From Raja brachyura (lineage: Eukaryota), in contig OY740801.1 in assembly GCA_963514005.1 (NCBI GenBank), forward strand, positions 27,156,001 to 27,220,000: a stretch of DNA of 64,000 nucleotides, in the 5' to 3' direction. The notes below the pieces were generated by a model. That model ran no database searches. It was not told the DNA's origin and worked only from the letters and a program-made list of their open reading frames with translations. Each line of letters opens with the position of its first letter. Position 1 is the first letter of the stretch. A program made the translations under genes and the position numbers. Positions 49,626 to 62,378 of the stretch are shown piece by piece.

Positions 49626-51767
49626 CCGATTAATCAACATCATAGTAAAAATATCTTATTGCAGTACAAAACTGTTAACCTTTTGCTTCTCCCTTTCAAT
49701 GTGCCCAGATCTCTCGACATTATTGACAAGACATTAATATCCCTCATGGTTATGACATTATGACTTCCCCCAGTTTTCGTTGCCTGTGTAAACAAACCCA
49801 TTGAACCAGGCTGCCAATGAATAGCAGTTGTTGTTACTTTGATCTTTTACGTCCAGCTTTTATCCAAATTGCTTCAAGCAGCACTTCCTCTGTTGTCTCG
49901 ACCATTTTGATAGCTGTTATGCCATCTCTTAGTGTCACTCTGCTGCCAAGATTGTGATGTTTCTGGTTGAGAAATATGCTCCAAGGTCAAGCTCTTGTCC
50001 ATCTCCTGCTCGCAGACATGTTTCTGTCATGACAATACTGCCAGCTGTGCATGTCAGGCATTCCTCCTGCTCCCTTGTATTTAAGGTTATCCTCTGACCC
50101 TCTTCCTATCTTTCTTACACATGTCATTCTCCATTTACGCTAAACAACTTTTTCTCCTCTCTTCCTGGCCCAGCAATTGCAATACGGCTTTCTTTCTTTC
50201 AGGTGCCATTCCAAGAGTGATGCCTTCACAAAATCTTTTTGTAAAACTTGCAAACATTTTTTTTTGTAGCTTCATACTTTTACTGAGGCGCGTCGAGAAA
50301 TGGTGTGGGAAGGACCGCAGTTACGGTGCCTTTTGTATTGTTCAATCTTGATCCTTGGCGATCAAGAGTGATCGGTTGCCTTGGCCAGTCTTAATTTTAT
50401 CCCTGTCATGACCCAAAACAGGGAGTGGTATTAAGATTAGACTATGTTGATCTTCCAGCTCAGCATTACTTTATTCTTGCCTTGTGCCCTTTTGCGTGCA
50501 AATAGATTTTGTTATGCTCCGAGTCTCCCTCAATACCTCACAGAGGTTTTTTATGCTCAAATCTCCATGAGTGAGACTTGAACCCATGACCTACTCACTT
50601 GGAGGTGAGTGTCAAACTCACTAATATCTAAAGATGTTAAAACAAAGCTGAATTCCACATGCCCCAAAGGCCTGAAGCAGGCGGGCAGAGACACTGACCT
50701 TGTGGACACCTGTCTACCACATGTTTTTTATGTTACCAATACGGTAAGCCACCTGATTGATCATGATTTAACAAATATGTTTCAAAATCAGTGTTAAAGT
50801 TGAATTCTCCAATTTCAGGCAACTAACTAACTCCCACAAACCCCCTCTTTTTCCCTCCTCTCCCTTTCCCCATCTGGGTTCACACCTATTTCTCCCATTC
50901 CCCTTCAACCTACATTCCTTCCTCTAGCTTCACAATTCAAACCTCTTCTATCCTTGTCTCTTCATTTCTGGCCTTTATCCAACAACCCATCAAAACACCT
51001 TTCACCTGTATCCACGTATCACCAGGCTTTGTCCTATCACCTATCACCTGTCTCCACTGCCCCACCACAATCAGTCTGAAAATGAATCCAGACCCAAAAT
51101 GTCACCTATCCATGTTCTCCAGAGATGCTGCCTGACCTGCTGAACTACATCATTTTTTGTGTTTTTTTTGTAAAACAACAACCACAATTGATTGAGTCTC
51201 GAATATCAATCGGTATTTGAAAAGATAAAACAGTGGTGTACAACATCATTGTTAAATTATAAGGATCATAAATATTTGAAGATGTGAGCGAAACACTTGT
51301 ATAATTGGGCAGAACATCAAGATAAAATGGCAGTATGTAAATTATGCATACTGTCAGCTTTAAAGGGATGTCGCTAAAATAGAGAGGGTGTACCTTTCAG
51401 CAAGTTTGAACATGCTGGATAAGTGGGATAGTTTCTTTCATTCAGAACAAGTCTTCAGAATGAGGTGGCCCATATATAGAATCTGGTCATTTAAACCAAA
51501 GTGCAACCTATCTGAATTACAACAAGATAATAAGAAATAGTGGCACGAATTGGCCATTTTTCTCCTGGTGCTTGACTATCGTTCAATGGCTGATCTGATT
51601 TTGGCAAAAGTCTCACTTTCCTGCCTGTTTTCCAATCTCAACTCCCCTATGGACCAGAAATCTGTCTAAACCAGCCTTGAAATATTCAATGATCCAGCCT
51701 TCAAACCTGTCCATGGGGAATTCCAAAGAATTGTGATGCTTAGAGACAGGAAATGTATCTCCACACT

Positions 51768-53370
51768 TATAACCATATAACCATATAACAATTACACACG
51801 GAAACAGGCCTTCTCGGCCCTTCCAGTCCGTGCCGACCATTTATTTTCCCCTAGTCCCATCTACCTGCACTCAGACCATACCCCTCCATTCCCTTTCCGT
51901 CCATATACCTATCCACTTTACTTTTAAATGTTAAAATCGATCCTGCCTCCACCACTTCTGCTGGAAGATCATTCCACACAGCCACCACTCTCTGAGTAAA
52001 GAAGTTCCCCCTCATGTTACCCCTAAACGACTGTCCCTTAATTCTCATGTCATGCCCTCTTGTTTGAATCTTCCCTACCCTCAATGGGAAAAGCTTATCC
52101 ACGTCAACTCTGTCTATCCCTTTCATCATTTTAAAGACCTCAATCAAGTCCCCCCTTAACCTTCTGCGCTCCAAAGAATAAAGACCTAACTTGTTTAACC
52201 TTTCTCTGTAACTTAGTTGCTGGAACCCAGGCAACATTCTAGTAAATCTCTTCTGTACTCTCTCTATTTTGTTGACATCCTTCCTATAATTAGGCGACCA
52301 AAATTGTACACCATACTCCAGAATTGGTCTCACCAATGCCATGTACAATTTTAACATTACTTCCCTACTCCTATATTCAATGCTCTGATTTATAAAGGCC
52401 AGCACACCAAAAGCTTTCTTTACCACCCTATCTACATGCGATTCCACCTTCAGGGAACGATGCACAGTTATTCCTAGATCCCTCTGTTCCACAGCATTCC
52501 TCAATTCCCTACCATTTACCATGTACGTCCTATTTTGATTTGTCCTGCCAAGATGTAACACCTCACACTTATCAGCATTAAACTCCATCTGCCATCTTTC
52601 AGCCCACTCTTCCAAATGGCCCAAATCTCTCTGTAGACTTTGAAAATCTACTTCATTATCCACAGCACCACCTATCTTAGTATCATCTGCATACTTACTT
52701 ATCCGATTTTCCACCCCATCATCCAGATCATTGATGTACATGACAAACAACAGTGGACCCAACACAGATCCCTGAGGCACCCCACTGGTCACCGGCTTCC
52801 AACCTGACAAACAGCCATCCACCATTACTCTCTGGCATCTCCTATTCAGCCACTGTTGAATCCATCTTGCTCCTCCGCCATTAACACCCAAAGATTGAAC
52901 CTTCTTAACCAACCTTCCATGGGGAACCTTGTCAAAGGCCTTACTGAAATCCATATAGACAACATCCACTGCTTTACCCTCATCAATTTCCCTAGTAACC
53001 TCTTCCAAAAATTCAAGAAGCTTTGTCAAACATGACCTTCCAGGCACAAATCCATGTTGACTGTTCTTGATCAGACCCTGTTTATCCAAATGCTTATATA
53101 TATTATCGCTAAGTATCCTTTCCATTAATTTGCCCACCACTGACATCAAACTAACAGGTCTATAATTGCTAGGTTTATTCTTTGAACCCTTTTTAAACAA
53201 TGGAACAACATGCGCAGTACGCCAATCCTCCGGCACTATTCCCGTTTCTAATGACATTTGAAATATTTCTGTCATAGCCCCTGCTATTTCTACACTAACT
53301 TCCCTCAATGTTCTAGGGAATATCCTGTCAGGACCTGGAGACTTATCCACTTTTATATTTTTCAAAAGTG
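51768..53370 (-). mobile_element. 5'-truncated CR1 LINE with uninterrupted 504-aa RT ORF
   Basis: ORF 51851-53365 has the full RT motifs (KSPGPD, NYRPVSL, QHGF, DFSKAFD, PQGSVLGP, YADD) and a (GGTTATAT)n tail. Nested in an older CR1 remnant. Confidence 0.96.
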
Positions 53371-53967
53371 TCGTTTCAACTTGCCGTTGAATGGATGATT
53401 CCTCATTTAAAATCCATTACCTCCCCCTTCCACACCCCAAAAGCCTACCTTCTCCCATGAGATCAAACAACAGCATTGACTTTGTCAGGCTCCTCAAAAT
53501 CATGTACCTTTCAATAAGATCACCTTTCATTCCTCTAAGCTTCAATGGGTACGGTAGAAGACTAATCTGTTGGCCCTTTTTATCATATGTCAATCCCTTC
53601 ACCACAGGTTACAGCCTAGAGCACTTTCGTTAAACTGTCTCAGAGGCAATTACATCCCCCCCCTAAAATAAGGCCACCAAAATTGATGATGTAAAGTAGT
53701 CACATCAGTAGACAAGGTCAGAAGAGGTGCATGTGAACCTCTATCTTACCTGAAACGACTGCTGGGATCCCTGGATGGTGGTGAGGGAAGAGATGTTGGG
53801 ACAGGTGTTATATTTCCTGCAGTTGCAAGGGGAAAGTACTTGAGGATTGGGCAGGTTGGGTCCCCTTAGTCTGAAGTAGGATCTCAACCCGAAACATCAC
53901 CTATCCATTTTCTCTAGAGATGCTGCCTGACCCACTGAGTTACTTCAGCACTTTGTGCCTATCTTCC

Positions 53968-54362
53968 CTTAGTTTAGTTTAGTTCAGTGGTGCAGAATTG
54001 AAACAAGCCCTTCAGCCCACCGGGTTCACGCCGACCAACTGTTCTATGTTATCCCACTTTCGCATCCACTTCATACATACTAGGTGCCATTTTACAGAGG
54101 CAATTTAACCTACAAACCTGCACACCTTTGGGATGTGGGAGCAAACTGGAACACATGGAGGAAACCCACGCGGTCACAGGGGGACCGTGGAAGCTCCACA
54201 CAAATAGCACCCGAAGTCAGGATCAAACCCGACCTGGTGGTGAAAAGGAGACAAAAGAGTGCCAGATAAGGAGAGAATAGGAGTGAAATGTAAAGCCAGA
54301 GTAAAATGTCAAATCTCCATCACTGTGAGGCAGCAGCTCGAACAGTTGCCCCACTCTACTGC
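53968..54362 (-). mobile_element. HE1/V-type SINE with internal insertion
   Basis: Tail and core as in other copies. The head is interrupted by about 90 bp at about 54232-54315. Confidence 0.65.
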
Positions 54363-54789
54363 TCTTATTCACCTCAAAACATGGACAACCTGAAAAGTGT
54401 CCACAGATGCTGTCGAAACAGCTGAGCACTTGGTACTTTGACTGGTCATATAAAAACTGTTTGGCTACTTGAACACTCCGGAACGTAGGAAATTACAATA
54501 AGTGGCGGACACTGCCCGGTCCATTACAGGTACAGACCTTCCCACAATCAAAGGGATCTACGACAGGCACTACCTCGAAAAGGCAGCCTGCATCATCAGC
54601 ACCCACACCACCTTGGCCACACTCTCATTTCACTCTAGCCATCAGGAAGAAGGTATAGAAGTCTGAAAATAGTGACCTCCAGATTTAGGAACAGTTTGAC
54701 GAAGAGTTTGAAGTAGGGTCCCAACCCCAAATGTCGCCTACCCATGTTCTTACAAGATACTGCCAGACCAGATGAGTTACTCCAGCACT

Positions 54790-55580
54790 GTGTCTTCTTT
54801 GGCATCCTGGTGCCATCGCAACAACCTGGGGCCCAATGCTCTTACGACAGTGGAATTAATTGTAGACCTTAGGAGAGCTCCCCCTCACCTCCCCCTACTC
54901 ACCATCAACAACACCACAGTCACGCCTGTGGAGTCATTTAAGTTCCTTGGAACCATCATCTCCAGGGACCTTAAATGGGGGACAACCATCGACTCCACAG
55001 TTAAAAGGCCCAACAGACGATGTACTTCGTGCGGCAGCTGAAAAAACACAATCTGCCACAGGCAATGATGGTCCAGTTTTACACTGCCATCATAGAGTCT
55101 GTCCTCACCTTCTCCATCATGATCTGGTTTGGGCTCAGCCACCAAGCATGACATCCGGAAGCTGCAGCGCATCGTTTGATCAGCTAACAAGGTTGTTGGC
55201 TGCAACCTTCCCCCCATCGACGAACTGTCCACTGCAAGGGCCAGGAAGCGGGTGGGTGAGATCACCTCTGACCCCTCTCACCCTGGCCACAAACTCTTTG
55301 AAGCACTTCCCACTGGAAGGCTACTCCAGACTGTCAACGCCGCCACAGCCAGACATAAAAACAGCTTTTTTCCATGAGCAGTAGCTCTGCTCAACAACCA
55401 AAAATCTCTGGAGCCTTCTTTTTTGTTCTGGTATTTTATTTCATTCTTCACTTGTTTAAATTATAATGTTTTATTCTTAACTGTTTACTGTATATCATGT
55501 TGTTACTTGCGAGCAAAGCACCAAGGCAAATTCCTTGTATGTATACATACTTAGCTGTTAAAAAAATTTCAATTCAATTT
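54790..55580 (+). mobile_element. Rex1/Babar-like LINE 3' fragment
   Basis: SWCHRNNL...TVELIVDLRR...VESFKFLGTIISRDLKW with frameshifts and an AT-rich 3' UTR. Confidence 0.8.
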
Positions 55581-55673
55581 AGGAACAGCTTCCAACAACC
55601 ATCAGGCTCTTAAACATTACGAATACCAACTAAACTACCAACTATGAACCATCTTGTTTGTGTTAGGGACTTT

Positions 55674-56724
55674 AGAGTGGCGGCGCTGCTTGGCAGCTGC
55701 GGCTCACCTGCAGTCCATCTGTCTTTTATTTTATTTTTGTCCTCGTCCCTGTTTTTGGTGTTTATTTTTGGTTTGTTGGGTTATGTATGTGTGGGGGGGG
55801 GGAGAAACGGGGTTTTAGTCTCTCCCTTCGGGGGGATGCGACTTTTCCTGTCGTGTCCCCCGACACCGTCTCCGTCTGTGCTGAGGCCCTGGTGACGGCC
55901 TTCCAGCTTCCAGCGGCGGCGGCACGGCCTTCAGAGCTTCAGCGGCGACCTGGCTTCCGGCAGCGACCTGGTTTTCGGGAGCTGCGGTGCTTCAACGGCG
56001 GCCTGGCTCCCTCTGAGCTGCGGTGCTCCAGCGGCGGCCTGGCTCCCTCTGAGCTGCGGTGCTCCAGCGGCGGCCTGGCTCCCTCTGAGCTGCGATGCTC
56101 CAGCGGCGGCCTGGCTCCCTCTGAGCTGCGGTGCTCCAGCGGCGGCCTGGGTTTCGGGAGCTGCGGTGCTCCAGCGGCGACCTGGGTTTCGGGAGCTGCG
56201 GTGCTCCAGCGGCGGCCTGGCTTTCGGGAGCTGCGGTGCTCCAGCGGCGGCTTGGGTTTCGGGAGCTGCGGTGCTCCAGCGGCGACCTGGCTTTCGGGAG
56301 CTGCGGTGCTCCAGCGGCGGCCTGGCTTTCGGGAGCTGCGGTGCTCCAGCGGCGACCTGGGTTTCGGGAGCTGCGGTGCTCCAGCGGCGGCCTGGCTTTC
56401 GGGAGCTGCGGTGCTCCAGCGACGTTCCGGCGGCGGGCCCTGTGGCGGTGTTCCGGCATTCCGGCGTCAGCGGTGGCAGCGGCCTGGATCTCCTCAGCGC
56501 AGAGGGAGAATAAGGAGGGGAGAAAGACAGAGACCCTAAGACTTTTGCCTTCCACCACAGTGAGGAGGTGTTTGGTGAACTCACTGTGGTGGATGTTAAT
56601 TTTGTGTTTATTGTATGGTATTGTTATTTTTATATATGTATGACTGCAGGCACGAAATTTCGTTCAGACCGAAAGGTCTGAATGACAATAAAGGCATTCA
56701 ATTCAATTCAATTCAATTCAATTT
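55674..56724 (+). mobile_element. GC-rich non-autonomous retroelement containing a minisatellite
   Basis: Flanked by a GGACTTT direct repeat (55667-55673, 56725-56731). Ends with the stem-loop TTCAGACC-GAAA-GGTCTGAA, AATAAA and (ATTCA)n. Confidence 0.75.
55934..56421 (+). repeat. 35/36-bp GC-rich minisatellite
   Basis: About 13 units of GAGCTGCGGTGCTCCAGCGGCGGCCTGGCTTTCGG (35 bp) or ...CTGGCTCCCTCT (36 bp). Confidence 0.95.
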
Positions 56725-57316
56725 GGACTTTTGTTTTACACTAACGATGCGGTTTTAAAAACATTTATTGAACTTCCTTTTGTTTAAAGTTATCTATGAA
56801 TACTGTATTTACAGACCTGTTATGCCGCTGCGTAAGAGCTTAATTGTTCCCTTTTTGGTATAGAGTCATACAGCCTGAGAAAAGGCCCTTCGGCCCAACT
56901 TGCCCATGCAGACCTAGGTGTCCCATCACCTATGCCCGCACTTGGCCCACAGCCCTCTAAACCTTTCCTATCCATGCCCCTGTCCAAATGTTTTTAAACA
57001 TTCTGATGGTCCTGCCTCCACTACCTCTTCTGATAGCTTGGTCCATATAGGAAAAGTTACTCCTCGGATTTCTATTAAATCTTTCCCTTCTCATTTTAAC
57101 CCTAAGTCCTCTGGTTCTTGATTGCCCTACTCGGTAAAATAATATGTGCATTCACCCTATCCATTCCCCTCATGATTTTATACACGTCCCTCCATACGAT
57201 CGCACCCTAGCCTTCTGCTCATATATCCCTCTAAACTTTTACTATCCGTGTACAGATGACAATTAAACACTCTTGATTCTTGTGTTGTAGTGAAAGGTTC
57301 CAGCCAAAGATCAGCC

Positions 57317-57387
57317 GTTTCTGGTGGCAATAAAGTTGTTTAGTTGAAGAAGCGGCGCGGTTGCCAGGGACAACGGTAAGATGGCGG
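57317..57387 (+). promoter_or_regulatory. RFX X-box motifs and YY1-like motif at the DNAAF5 start
   Basis: GTTGCCAGGGACAAC at 57360-57374, a weaker GTTTCTGGTGGCAAT at 57317-57331, and AAGATGGCGG overlapping the ATG. Confidence 0.7.
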
Positions 57388-57915
57388 AGGTTGCGGCTGA
57401 GCAGGCGGCGGTGGTCGAGGTTTGCCAGGCGCTTGGCCGCCACCTCAACTGCCTGGGCAGCGAGAACAAGAGCTCCAGGCGCCGGGCGCTCGAGTGCATT
57501 CGTGCGGAGGTGGTGGAGAGGCGGCTGTCGAGCGGCGTGAGGCAAGGCGTGATGTCGGCGCTGCTCAGGCCTCTGCTCGGGGCCTGGGGCGACCCGGCCG
57601 AGCGCTGCCGGGAGCTCGCCATCTGCACCCTGGCCGAGCTGCTGCGCGACGCCCCGCGGCCCCACGTGGCTCTGCCTCACCTCATGCCCGCCGCCGTGCA
57701 GCGCCTCGGCCAGCCCCACATCACCGAGCCGGCCGAGGAGCTGCGCCTGGCCCTGGTCGAGCTGCTGCTGATGGTGGTCGACATCTGCGGCGCAAAGCTG
57801 GCCTCTTACCTGGACGACATGGTCAAGATTCTCCAGAGGACCATCGTCGACCCCTTCCCCGAAGTGAAGAAGAAGAGCTGCGAGTGTGCAGCCAAGTATG
57901 CAAAATGGACCCCTG
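57381..57915 (+). CDS. DNAAF5: Dynein axonemal assembly factor 5 (HEATR2), exon 1
   Basis: GC-rich ORF MAEVAAEQAAVVEVCQALGRHLNCL...DPAERCRELA...EPAEELRLALVELL...DPFPEVKKKSCECA with HEAT-repeat character. Donor CCTG|GTAAGT at 57915/57916. Head-to-head with PRKAR1B as in other vertebrates. Confidence 0.92.
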
Positions 57916-58899
57916 GTAAGTGTGCTCCTTTACAGGACTCAAGAGGTCCTACTACAAACATTATGTTCATACCTTATAGGAACGGAATTAGACCATTGGA
58001 CCCATCAAGTCTCCTCCACCATTCCATGGCTGATCTATCTTTCCCTCACCCTATTCTTTTGCCTACTCCCCATAAGCCCGGACACACTTACTAATCAAGA
58101 ATCTATGCATCTTCACCTAAAAAATATCCATTGACTTGGCCTGGCTAACCTCGGCAACCGCTCCTCAGACTCCACCTATGTCTAATGTCTGTGGCATTAA
58201 ATGTCTGTGGCATTAAATCAAAACCACTCCTAGACAATCATCAGTGATCACATTTAGCAACACTAGTAAGTCTTGCTATTGCAAGTGTATGTCTGGGTAC
58301 TTAAATCAATGGTTAATGGTGCTTTATTTTCAAATGTACAAATGCACAGTGATTTTTTTCCCCCAAACAGTTTACTAAAATATAGCCATACCTAATCACA
58401 ATCTCCGATTAGCAGTGTACAGAAATAGTCCACTGAGACCGCATGCAAGAGGCGCCATGTTTTGGCACCATTTTGTCCACGCTCCAGGTTTATGATGATC
58501 CCATATCGTCCAAAAACAGATTGCCTAGGAAATGTCCATCATACAGACCAGATTTCCTCCTCCCCCCCCCCCTCACCATTGACTCAATCTACACTGCTTC
58601 AGAGAAGTAGCCAACTTAATCAAAGACTTGTCCTACACCAGTCGTCCCCTCTTCTTCCTGGCCACGTCGAGCAGAAGGTACAGAAGCTTGAAAACGCGCG
58701 CCCGAGACTCAGGAACAGCTTCTTCACCTCTACCCCATTGCGGACATTGAACTTTGTCTATGAATCTGATGCACTACAACTATGAGAACTATATCCTGCA
58801 CTCTGTATCTTCTCCTTTGCTCCACGTATTTTACTCGAGTGTGACTTAATTGTATTTATGTACAATGTTATCTGATCAGATTGGATGCTTGCAAAGAAA

Positions 58900-59660
58900 G
58901 ACTGTTTGGTATAGTCAACGACTTTGTTGAGGGTGTGGGCTTAATCACTTGCAGTTCAACACCGACAAGACTAAGGAGTTGGTGGTGGACTTTAGGAGGA
59001 GAGGAATACCCCTGTCTCCATCAATAGTGTGGATGTGTAGTTTCCCAGGGAGTGACTATAAATACCTTGGAGTGTACCTGGACAGTAAACTGGACTGGTC
59101 CACGAACACTGAGGCCCTGTACAAGAAGGGACAGAGCCAGCGGCACTTTTTTCACCGTCTGCAGTAAGATGCTGCAGATGTTCTACAAACGATGATAGCC
59201 AGTGCCATCTTTTTTGCTGGGGCAGCAGGGCGATGGCTGCAAACGCCAATAGGATCAACAAACTCATCAGGAAGGCTGGCTCTGTCGTGGGGGCGGAGTT
59301 AGGTTCATGGGAGGTGGTCTTGGAGGAGAGAATGCTCCTCAAACTGCAGAGCATTCTGCACAATACAGCTCACCCCTTTCATGACACACTGGTCAACCTG
59401 AGGAGTACCTTCAGCAAAAGACTGGTTCTACCAAGATGCAGGACAGAACGCTACAGGAGATCCTTCCTCCCTGTGGCTTTCAAACTTTACAATGCTTCCA
59501 CCTTCTGTCATAGGGCAGATTGAGACTAACCACCCCCCCCCCCCCCCCCCAATCTTTGTACATCCCCCAAGGCTTTCCACTCGTCATTTCAATTTCATGT
59601 TTCTTGTGTATTTATGACATCCCTCCTGGGATAACTAAAGTTCTATTGTATTGTATCATA
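58900..59660 (+). mobile_element. Rex1/Babar-like LINE 3' fragment in DNAAF5 intron 1
   Basis: LQFNTDKTKELVVDFRR...YKYLGVYLDSKLDW and NKLIRKAGSVVG...TERYRRSFLP. Confidence 0.8.
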
Positions 59661-61457
59661 TGTGACACTAATAAACCTAAACCTTGACTCTTTGTATATT
59701 GCCTCAGTTAATCTACTATTCGTATATCACAGAGAGACACAAAGTGCTGGAGTAAGTTAGCGGGTCTGGAGAAAAAGGAAAGGTGATGTTTTGGGTTGGG
59801 ACCCTTCTTCAGATCATAATCGTTACCACAATCATTGCACTCTTATACTATGTATGATTGCGTTTATGTATAGTAAAATTTTACTGAATTGTATGCAATG
59901 AAAAAAATTCACTGAATATATTATCGTACAGGAACTTGTTATGCACCTAACTTAGAAAAAAGGAGCTGCAGATGCTACACAAAACAGCACAAACTACTGG
60001 AGTAACTCAGCAGGGCAGGCAGCATATATGGAAATAGCTAGGTGAGATTTCAATCAATAAACTGGCTACTGCATTTTCACATTTTGCCAGGGACGCTGCT
60101 TCAAAAGTGTTGTGAAAAGGTGTACTTAAAAGGTAACAATCTATCCATGTTCTCCAGAGGTGCTGCATGACCTGCTGAGTTACTCCGGCACTTTGTGTCC
60201 TTTTATGCACCTAACATGTTAAACAGGATAGTGGCACAGTTGGTAGAGTTGTGGCATCATGAGTTTCCTCCAGGTGCTTCTTTTTCCTCCCACATCCCAA
60301 ATACGTGCGGGATTGTGGGTTAATTGGCCTCTGTAAATTGCCTCTTGTGGTTTGGGAGTGGTTGCACCAGTGAGATAAAATGGAACCAGAGTTGAAGTGG
60401 TCTCGGTTGGTCGAATGGTGTGTCTATGCTGTTTCTTTCAATTTAATCAATAAACTGGCTGTTAAATTTCCACATTTTGCCAGGGACCCTGCTTCAAAAT
60501 AGTTGTAAATGTTTAGAATGTTATTAAAGGGAAGGGAAATGCATGGCTTAAAAACGACTCTTTAACTGCAAGCACATGATAATGGGCAGGTGGGGAGTAT
60601 CGGTTTTGGCAACCTTTCCCCAATGATGACACTGATTGGAGTGACACTCTTTTATAGATTCAGTCTTTGGGATGAGACTTGTCTGCATCGGGAAGCTCAA
60701 AGAAACATTATCCCCTGTGTCCTGTACAATCGTTATTTCTCAACAAATGTCATCGTAGTCTCCTGATGAGGAAGTCGAGGATCCAATTACAGAGGGATGA
60801 GGAGAGATCCAGTATTCTGAGGCTGATGATAAATTTGATGGGGATGATAGTGCTGATTGCTGATCTTCGGGCATTTACTGTATATTTCCCAGCATGAAAA
60901 CGACTTATTTATTCCAATGCTTCGTTGCAATTAACCAGCCTTTCATCCGTGCCTTCAGGAAATCTAAATGCAAAGATCCACATATTTACGTTTATCGATT
61001 CTGCATGTTACATCCTCAAAGCACTCCCAGCAAATCCATCAGATACGATTTTCCTTTTTTAAAACCACATTGACTTGGTTTTATTGCATTACCTCTTTAA
61101 ATGACTTACTATTTCATTCTTCATTAATCAATAGTTCAATGATACTTTACTGCCACATGCACATACAATTCAGTAAAATCATACTATACATAAGCACAAT
61201 CGTAAATAAGTACAAACGTGCACTGATAGTTGTGTCAGAATAGGATACTTCACCAAGGCAGTGCATGAATAGATTTTAAGACATAGGAGCAGAATTAGGC
61301 CATTCGGTCCATCAAGTCTGATCTGCCATTCGATCATGGCTCATTTATTTTTCCCTCTCAACCCCATTCTCCTGCCTTCTCCCTGTAACCTTTGACATCC
61401 TTTCTAATCAAGAACTTGTCAATCTCTGCTTTAAAAATATCCAATGAGACCTCATTC

Positions 61458-61623
61458 ATTTCAAGTATATGCTACTTTTTGCTGGTTCAGATCCACAAGT
61501 TATAACCTCAAATCATTAATATTGCTTTTGGAATCAGTATCTTTTTCATCTAATAGCCATATTATTGATTTGAGGTTACAACTTGGGGATATGAATCAGC
61601 AAAAAGTTGCATATACTTGAAAT
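61458..61623. repeat. AT-rich hairpin / small MITE-like palindrome
   Basis: Arms of about 68 bp (ATTTCAAGTATATGCTACTTTTTGCTG... / ...CAGCAAAAAGTTGCATATACTTGAAAT) around a spacer of about 30 nt. Confidence 0.85.
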
Positions 61624-61884
61624 TAATCTGGCTGATCCCTGATTCTTCTAATGACACAGCAGATGAAAAGTATTCTATTACGTGAACATGATATTTCTGA
61701 CAACAAATATTGAAAATCTTTAAATTATTTGCATTTGAGTGAGTAGAAGTTTTGCACAGTAGACACGTTTGAGGCTATTCACATTAAACTAAGTGGTTTG
61801 GGAACACCTTGTACAATAAAATAGTTCTCTGGCGTGACATGTAAGCAAAACCCCCTCTCGCCTTTGTTCAACTATTACCTGCCA

Positions 61885-62378
61885 TGCTCTACATCGGTGA
61901 GACCAAGTGAAGGCTTGGCGATCGCTTCGTCCAACACCTCCGCACAGTTTGTATTAACGAACCTGATCTCCCGGTGGCTCAGCGCTTCAACTTCCCCTCC
62001 CATTCCGTATCCGACCTTTCTGTCCTGGGCGTCCTCCATGGCCAGAGTGACTCCCACCGCAAATTGGAGGAGCAGCACCTCATATTTTGCTTGGGTACAT
62101 TACACCCCATGTATGAACATTGACTTCTCCAATTTCAGGTAGTCCTTGCTTTCTCCCTCCTTCCCCTCCCCTCCCCAGCTCCCCCACAGCCCACTGTCTC
62201 CGCCTTCCTTTCTTCTTCCCGCCCACCCCCCCGCCCACCCTCACATCAGTCTGAAGAAGGGTCTCGACCCGAAACGTGACCCATTCCTTCGCTCCATAGA
62301 TGCTGCCTCACCCGCTGAGTTTCTCCAGCATTTTTGTCTACCTTCGATTTTTGCAACAACTGCAATTCTTTCTTAAAC
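61885..62378 (+). mobile_element. Penelope-like element 3' end (GIY-YIG C-terminus and terminal repeat)
   Basis: LYIGETK...KLEEQHLIF remnants, then CTGAAGAAGGGTCTCGACCCGAAACGTGACC at 62251-62281. Confidence 0.88.

Noticed and set aside
55934-56421. 35/36-bp repeats as a CRISPR array, or the 170-250 aa ORFs over them as genes
   Set aside because: Units are contiguous with no unique spacers and the context is eukaryotic. The ORFs are by-products of a GC-rich minisatellite.
57916-58094. C-terminal part of the 237-aa ORF as DNAAF5 coding sequence
   Set aside because: It lies past a consensus GTAAGT donor, drops in GC and runs into a CR1 tail, so it is intron read-through.
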